Source: Chthonomonadaceae bacterium (lineage in GTDB: Bacteria > Armatimonadota > Chthonomonadetes > Chthonomonadales > Chthonomonadaceae). From it: a DNA stretch of 52,290 nt. The notes beneath the pieces are model-generated. The model ran no database searches, was not told where the DNA came from, and saw only the letters and a list, made by a program, of their open reading frames with translations. Position numbers and translations under genes: made by a program. The stretch spans positions 1 to 52,290 of the forward strand of contig DASRGZ010000188.1 of the NCBI GenBank assembly GCA_035650735.1. The letters run 5' to 3'. The first letter of the stretch is position 1. Every line of letters starts with the position of its first letter. Positions 47,212-52,290 of this stretch are shown here, piece by piece.

Positions 47212-48402
47212 GTGTTCGGCCAGCCGCTTTCCCAACGGGCGCAACGCCTGCTCCTCTTTCTGGTCTCGCTTACCGCCGCCGCGGCGCTCGCGGCGGCGTT
47301 CGTGCTGCTGCGGGCCGGGCCGTCCACGCCCCCAACCCCGCGAGCGGACGAGAGCGACATCGCCGATTACGTGGGCAACGAGGCCTGCCGCCCCTGCCAT
47401 GCCGCAGAATACGCCCAGTACCAGGCTTCCAGCCACGCGCATACACTCCGCCGAATGAGCCGCGCCGAGCTTGGCGATCAGACGCCTCCGACGGGCCGCA
47501 TCAACGGCTCTCAGTATGCGTTGTTGGAGCAGGACGATCAGTTCTACTTTGAGGTCAACCCGCCAGGAATGCCGGATAAGTACCAGCTCTGGCCGCTGGA
47601 TTACGTGTTCGGGTCGGGAAAGTCGGGCCTCTCATTCGTCAGCATGCTCGAAGGCCGTAACGTCGTCGAGATGAAGATGAGCTACTTTCCGCGCGAGCGG
47701 GTCTGGCGGGTGACGCCAGGGCAGAAGCTGGACAATCCGGCAGCGGCAGGCAATCTCGGCAATCTGGACCAGTCGCGCCGCTGCCTCGGCTGTCATGTGA
47801 TCGCCATGTCCCGCAACACCTTCGTTCCCCGGCGCGAGTTCTTCGGGGTCGGCTGCGAGTCGTGCCACGGGCCGGGCCGCGCGCACATCGCCGCCGTCCA
47901 GGTCCATGCGTCTGACCTCAAAATGGCGCGTCTGGCGCAGATCGGCGCACGGGAGCTGAACACGCTCTGCGGCAAGTGCCACCAGACCGAGAAGGACGTG
48001 GCCTCTTCTCCCGTGCTCGCCAAAATGACCTACCGCTTCCAGCCCTACGGCCTGATGCTAAGCCGCTGCTTCCGGGAAAGCGGCAATCGCCTCTCCTGCC
48101 TGACCTGCCACAGCGCCCACGCGGATATTTCCATCGGCCCGGCCTCCTATACCGGTGCCTGCCTCTCCTGTCACTCCCCCGACAGCGTGCCGCCCCCCAA
48201 CGGTGGCAAATCGGGCAAAGTCTGCCCGGTCAACGCCAAATCGGACTGCACTACCTGCCACATGCCCAAGCGCGACATGCAGTTTGGCCCGCATAATTCG
48301 ACCGGCATCTTCCTGACCGAGCACCGCATCGGAATCTATCCCGCCGCCGACAAACGGGTGTCATCTGTTGTCCCTCCCACGCAGCCATCGTTTCGACCTT
48401 GA
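47212..48402 (+). CDS. Membrane-anchored heptaheme cytochrome c (c554/c552-like)
   Basis: TM helix; CRPCH, CLGCH, CESCH, CGKCH, CLTCH, CLSCH, CTTCH; ends TEHRI. Confidence 0.88.
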   Translation: MFGQPLSQRAQRLLLFLVSLTAAAALAAAFVLLRAGPSTPPTPRADESDIADYVGNEACRPCHAAEYAQYQASSHAHTLRRMSRAELGDQTPPTGRINGSQYALLEQDDQFYFEVNPPGMPDKYQLWPLDYVFGSGKSGLSFVSMLEGRNVVEMKMSYFPRERVWRVTPGQKLDNPAAAGNLGNLDQSRRCLGCHVIAMSRNTFVPRREFFGVGCESCHGPGRAHIAAVQVHASDLKMARLAQIGARELNTLCGKCHQTEKDVASSPVLAKMTYRFQPYGLMLSRCFRESGNRLSCLTCHSAHADISIGPASYTGACLSCHSPDSVPPPNGGKSGKVCPVNAKSDCTTCHMPKRDMQFGPHNSTGIFLTEHRIGIYPAADKRVSSVVPPTQPSFRP

Positions 48403-48537
48403 GACGATAGATAGCAAGGAAGCAAGCAAAAAGCACTTCTCCTCTGTGGAGCGCCGACGCCATCAAGTTCGGCGCAAACCGCATAGCGAAGCGAAGGTGG
48501 GGCGACAATGGCTTGGGCTGCGGGGAATGGCGGGAAA

Positions 48538-48963
48538 TCAGCGTCCTATAGGCACGGGCCGGTACGCATCAAAAAGCCGAAGTAAGCGCCGATTGAGTGG
48601 CCCTTCCATTCCTTGACGTACTAATTCCGGCTTCGCCGTCTGCATCGAAAGGGACATCCCGAGGTGGGCCACCGTATTCAGCCAGAAACGAAGGCTGATT
48701 TGCCCAGCTTCCGCTTTCATCTGTGCTGCCGTGGCCGATTGCGGAAACGGGCGCAACGCCACGAGCAGAGTGTAACCGGTGGGCTTTGGCTTGACCACAC
48801 GCCACCAGATTTTCTTGTCGTGGGCTAGCTTGACGCCATGCCGGTCCAGGTAGGAAACAAATGCCACCACGCGAGGGCCATCCGCCTCTTTGTCTTTCGC
48901 CGCGACCGGGTTAGCCACTATAGCGAGGGCAGCCGCGGTCAATAGGGAAGCTAGGAAACGCAT
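48538..48963 (-). CDS. Secreted hypothetical protein
   Basis: GAGAGG RBS; signal peptide MRFLASLLTAAALAIVANPVAA. Confidence 0.6.
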   Translation of the reverse strand: MRFLASLLTAAALAIVANPVAAKDKEADGPRVVAFVSYLDRHGVKLAHDKKIWWRVVKPKPTGYTLLVALRPFPQSATAAQMKAEAGQISLRFWLNTVAHLGMSLSMQTAKPELVRQGMEGPLNRRLLRLFDAYRPVPIGR

Positions 48964-49101
48964 GGATAGTTACCTCTCACTCGGGACCTCGGAGTGTATC
49001 ACCCTACAGCAAGATTTACCATAAGACGTACTATCCTCAGGAAAAGTAACTCTTGTGCCGACGCTCCCCTTCGCTCCCTTTCTTAGTTTCCTCGTGCGCT
49101 A

Positions 49102-50085
49102 TTAACGCTCTGTCCGTTCGTAGCGCCTTCCCTGGGCATCCACACGGACGAAGGGATAGTCTATTTCGTCTGAGACGAGCAGGCGGTATCGGTGCGGACG
49201 CCGAAAGGCATTGCCCCACGTCTCCCGTTGCCGGTAGTCCCGCAGCTTATCCAGGTCAAACGGAGCCAGAAAGAGCCCTTCCTCCTCGCCTGCTTCGATG
49301 AGAAGCATATCCCTAGAAGCCCCATCGGCAAAGGCTATCCCGTCAAAGGCGATAGAATGGCCGAACCGAGGGCCGGCATAGTTGGCCATGGCGAACCCGA
49401 CCATGTTTTCGTACGCACGCGCGCGGCACTGGCTGAGACGGTTGATCTCCATGTCGCAGGCGTTGGGGTTGAGGATGATCTCGGCCCCTTTGAGCATCAG
49501 AATACGGGCGCTTTCGGGAAACTCCCGGTCATAGCAGATCATGGCGCCGATTTTGACCGTTCCCTGCTCCGTATTCAGGTCACAGACATAGAAGTCTTCG
49601 CCCGGTGTTAAGGAGGCTTCCGGCTCATCGAAGTCACAGGTATGCACCTTCGCATAGGTCATCACGATCTCACCATGCCGGTCAATCAGAGACATGGAAT
49701 TACGCGGCGCTCCCGGCCAGCGTTCCAGGTAGGTAATGGCAATGGCCATATTGAGTTCACGGGCAAGCTGCCGGAAATGAAAGATGAACGGGCTATCCTG
49801 AGAGACCGCCTGCGCTTGCCAGCGCATCCGAGCTGCCAACTCCTCCGGAGTGTGTTCATAGGGCCTCATACCTCGCTGACAGAGTTCTGGCGCTAAGAAC
49901 AGGTCGCTGGAACCTTCTGCCTTTAAGCCCTCGCAAACATATCCGATTTGCCACATCTCCGGAAACAGCGCGATGTCCGCACCCATCTGCCTGGCACGCC
50001 GACAATACGCCTCGCCTTGGGCTTGATTGGCGGCCTGGTCACCACACGCTGCCATTTGAAGCAGTGCCACATGTAGAATGCTCAT
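49102..50085 (-). CDS. Carbon-nitrogen hydrolase (nitrilase superfamily)
   Basis: Catalytic triad motifs LFPE, YAKVH, ICYDREFPE. Confidence 0.93.
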   Translation of the reverse strand: MSILHVALLQMAACGDQAANQAQGEAYCRRARQMGADIALFPEMWQIGYVCEGLKAEGSSDLFLAPELCQRGMRPYEHTPEELAARMRWQAQAVSQDSPFIFHFRQLARELNMAIAITYLERWPGAPRNSMSLIDRHGEIVMTYAKVHTCDFDEPEASLTPGEDFYVCDLNTEQGTVKIGAMICYDREFPESARILMLKGAEIILNPNACDMEINRLSQCRARAYENMVGFAMANYAGPRFGHSIAFDGIAFADGASRDMLLIEAGEEEGLFLAPFDLDKLRDYRQRETWGNAFRRPHRYRLLVSDEIDYPFVRVDAQGRRYERTER

Positions 50086-50138
50086 TTCCCTTTCCCCGCC
50101 AGGATGAACCTGCTCTACTTGCTCGGCCCCTTATTCCG

Positions 50139-50789
50139 TTAATCCTCTTCCTCCGGTTCCCTGGCGGCGGCAGGAATGCGAATGGGAGGCGGCGCAGGCT
50201 CGCCGCGCATCTCTTGATAGAGGCGTGTGAAGAGCGCACGCAAGTCCGCCGTCTTGTAGGGAGGCGTCAGGCACACGTCGCACAGCTTCTCCGGCGCGGA
50301 GTCGGGGAAGCCTTCGGGCGGCGTCTCGCAATCGTCCACCATCCCGATTAATTTCATGCCCCGACTGCGCCATTTCTGTACCGCCCGGAAGATGGCGTAG
50401 TCTCGCTGCCGCCCGAAGTCGCCGGAGAGGATCAGCAGGTCGGGCGGGCGCGGCGGCTTGGAGACCGCGCCCACCGCATCCTGCTTGTTGAGCAGCGCCG
50501 TCACTTCCCAGCCCACCAGCGCGGCGGCGCGCTCGGCGCGTACCCGGTAGCGCGGGCGATGCACCGCGATGAGCACCCGGAACGCGCTAGGCTTTTCCGG
50601 TGCGCCTCCGCTTTCGGCGGGCGCGGCGGATCGGTCCGGTCGGCGCTCCACGATGCGAAAAGTGTCCTCGGCGTTGGGGCGTGGACGGCCCGCTTGCGGG
50701 CGCGGCCTGCTCCCGGCTTTGTTGATGGGGCGCGATGGCCGGCTGTCGCGTTTCTCGCGTCCGCCGCTCCCCGGTCGTTTTTTGTTCAC
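50139..50789 (-). CDS. Hypothetical protein: basic disordered N-terminus plus degenerate receiver-like domain
   Basis: FRVLIAVH...PDLLILSGD...LIGMV...DVCLTPPY...DL; GTG start overlaps the upstream TGA. Confidence 0.6.
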   Translation of the reverse strand: MNKKRPGSGGREKRDSRPSRPINKAGSRPRPQAGRPRPNAEDTFRIVERRPDRSAAPAESGGAPEKPSAFRVLIAVHRPRYRVRAERAAALVGWEVTALLNKQDAVGAVSKPPRPPDLLILSGDFGRQRDYAIFRAVQKWRSRGMKLIGMVDDCETPPEGFPDSAPEKLCDVCLTPPYKTADLRALFTRLYQEMRGEPAPPPIRIPAAAREPEEED

Positions 50790-51120
50790 TGGCCTATCTG
50801 CCTTTGCTCGTTCTGCGGCTGGCCCTCCGAAGGGCGCAACAGGATCGCCGCATCACCTTCCCATTTGGCGGCTTCCAGCAGCTTCATGATATGGATGGAA
50901 CAGATCGGTACCAGGAGCCGCTCACCGTTATCTTTGGTCAGCTCCACCCAGGTCTCATCCCTATAGTCAGCGTGCCTGTATCAGTGAAACCGCTTTTATC
51001 TAGGTAAGGAATGGTAACCCGCGCCTGCAAGTAACGCCGCAGATACGCGGAGGGCGTTCCCTCCGACGGCGCGAAAGCGACCACGCTGGCTGGAAGCTGC
51101 TGATTCTCGGAAGCCTCCAT
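50786..51120 (-). pseudogene. Frameshifted small Sm/Hfq-like beta-barrel gene (pseudogene or sequencing error)
   Basis: MEASENQ...GTL then a one-base deficit near 50965; continues YRDETWVELTKDNGERLLVPICSIHIMKLL...Q to TGA 50788-50786. Span 335 nt = 3n+2. Confidence 0.65.
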
Positions 51121-51139
51121 CAGGTTCCTTTTCCTCTTT

Positions 51140-51919
51140 TCAGTGCGGAGGCAGCGCCGGCCATCGGGCAAACTCCCGCACGAAGGCGACGACCTCACCC
51201 ACCGCCGCCGCAAGCAGCGCCTCGCCCTTCTCCGCCGAAGCGATCTCCGGGTGGCCGAACGCCCCCGTCTGGCTTAGCTGATCGAAGGCGCGCGGAATAT
51301 CCACGCGGCTAGGCCGATTGAAGTCGGGATGATAAAACGCCGACTCGAAGGCAATATTGGCCCCGCGCGCCGCCTCCATCTTTACCAGTTCCGGGCGCAG
51401 GCGCAGGATCATGCTTGTCTCCTGCTCGCAGGCGTGCGTCACCATCTCCTGCTCCACATTGGTCAGCGCCGCCACCTGTGGGGCCGCAATCGTCCACCAA
51501 CTGCTGAAGGCCAGCCACAGGTCCGGCTTGTCCTTGTGCCGTAGCTGCACATCATAGATCGCCATGCGGCCCGGCGTGATATTGCCGCCGTGCGCGTTTA
51601 AGAGAAAGATACGCCGGAACCCGCTGCCGATCAGGCTCTCCAGCATATCTATCAGCACGCGCACATAGACGCCATTACTGAGGCTGACGGTTCCCGCAAA
51701 GGCGCGGTGATGGTGCGAGGCGCCTACCCAGAGCGTCGGCAGGAATAGCGCCGTATCGCCCAATTCCGCCTCCGCCCGCCGCGCGACCTCCGTGCCGATC
51801 ATCGTGTCGGTCAGCAGGGGCAGGTGATGCCCATGCTGCTCCAGCGAACCCAGCGGCATCACGACCACGCGGCCCGCCAGGTCTTTTACCTCCGTCCAGT
51901 TGCGTTCTCCCAGGAACAT
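51140..51919 (-). CDS. Creatininase/creatinine amidohydrolase family protein
   Basis: PLGSLEQHGHHLPLLTD, GASHHH..F.GT, LNAHGGN, HACEQETS. Confidence 0.93.
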   Translation of the reverse strand: MFLGERNWTEVKDLAGRVVVMPLGSLEQHGHHLPLLTDTMIGTEVARRAEAELGDTALFLPTLWVGASHHHRAFAGTVSLSNGVYVRVLIDMLESLIGSGFRRIFLLNAHGGNITPGRMAIYDVQLRHKDKPDLWLAFSSWWTIAAPQVAALTNVEQEMVTHACEQETSMILRLRPELVKMEAARGANIAFESAFYHPDFNRPSRVDIPRAFDQLSQTGAFGHPEIASAEKGEALLAAAVGEVVAFVREFARWPALPPH

Positions 51920-52155
51920 ATGCCTCTCCTCCCTTTATAGGGCCTTTCCGCTTTCTTTGCGGGCGGCTCAAGCCGCAGCAACCAGAGCACAAAGTCCGCC
52001 CTCGCGGACTCCAAAAGGAGTGTCCCTCGCTGGGCGGTACGCCACCCAGCGAAGGGCTTTAGCCCGTCGTCGAGATAGACCGGGCAAGCCTACCTATCCC
52101 TCTGAGCGGCCCTTTCCCGGCGCTGCGGGAGAGGGGCGCAATACGAGCTGCTAGC

Positions 52156-52290
52156 TCAGGGCTTGAGATTGCCTTCGTGCCAGTCCAGCCCATGCATGAT
52201 CTCCTTCGGCGCGTGCAGGGTGACGCTGTGCCCATCGGCAACGGATACGGCCAGTAAACCATCCCGGAACACTCCCCCATACTGCACAAT
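52156..52290 (-). CDS. C-terminal end of a gene entering from beyond the window
   Basis: Open frame IVQYGGVFRDGLLAVSVADGHSVTLHAPKEIMHGLDWHEGNLKP* read by hand. Confidence 0.5.
   Translation of the reverse strand: MVQYGGVFRDGLLAVSVADGHSVTLHAPKEIMHGLDWHEGNLKP

Noticed and set aside
51140..51919. Mycofactocin MftE or a RiPP cluster
   Set aside because: No precursor peptide or adjacent maturase; the window's radical SAM genes are 35 kb away and Ahb-like.

Overview
A GC-rich bacterial window. The gene content suggests Armatimonadota (Chthonomonadales-like); this is inference only. Bases 1-28.8 kb form a redox/low-oxygen island containing: c-type cytochromes; a DmsE/MtrA decaheme + MtrB-like porin + octaheme lipoprotein operon; a NarL-type regulator with a Cys-rich insertion; Hsp20 and two universal stress proteins; AhbC/AhbD-like radical SAM heme-synthesis enzymes; an operon encoding a molybdopterin (nitrate-reductase-like) enzyme with Fe-S, Rieske and NarI-like subunits; and a PAS-GAF kinase/NarL regulator pair whose GAF closely resembles the heme GAF of mycobacterial DosS. 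The strongest new signal is a ~20-bp box (AATCSGCCATTTMGVGGATG) found six times. It is always oriented with transcription and sits 39 nt (five cases) or 40 nt (one case) before a -10 hexamer, which defines a probable DosR-like hypoxia regulon. Bases 29-52 kb hold dprA, pilT, two BlaI-like regulators (one at the island edge), several enzymes, and an operon of H-X9-DG pseudopilin, 3 TPR proteins, CRTAC1/ASPIC-UnbV and a heptaheme cytochrome. Also present: two identical 103-bp IS982-like MITEs, REP-like repeats, an orphan 36-34-36 repeat-spacer-repeat and one frameshifted gene. No rRNA, tRNA, cas or transposase genes were seen.
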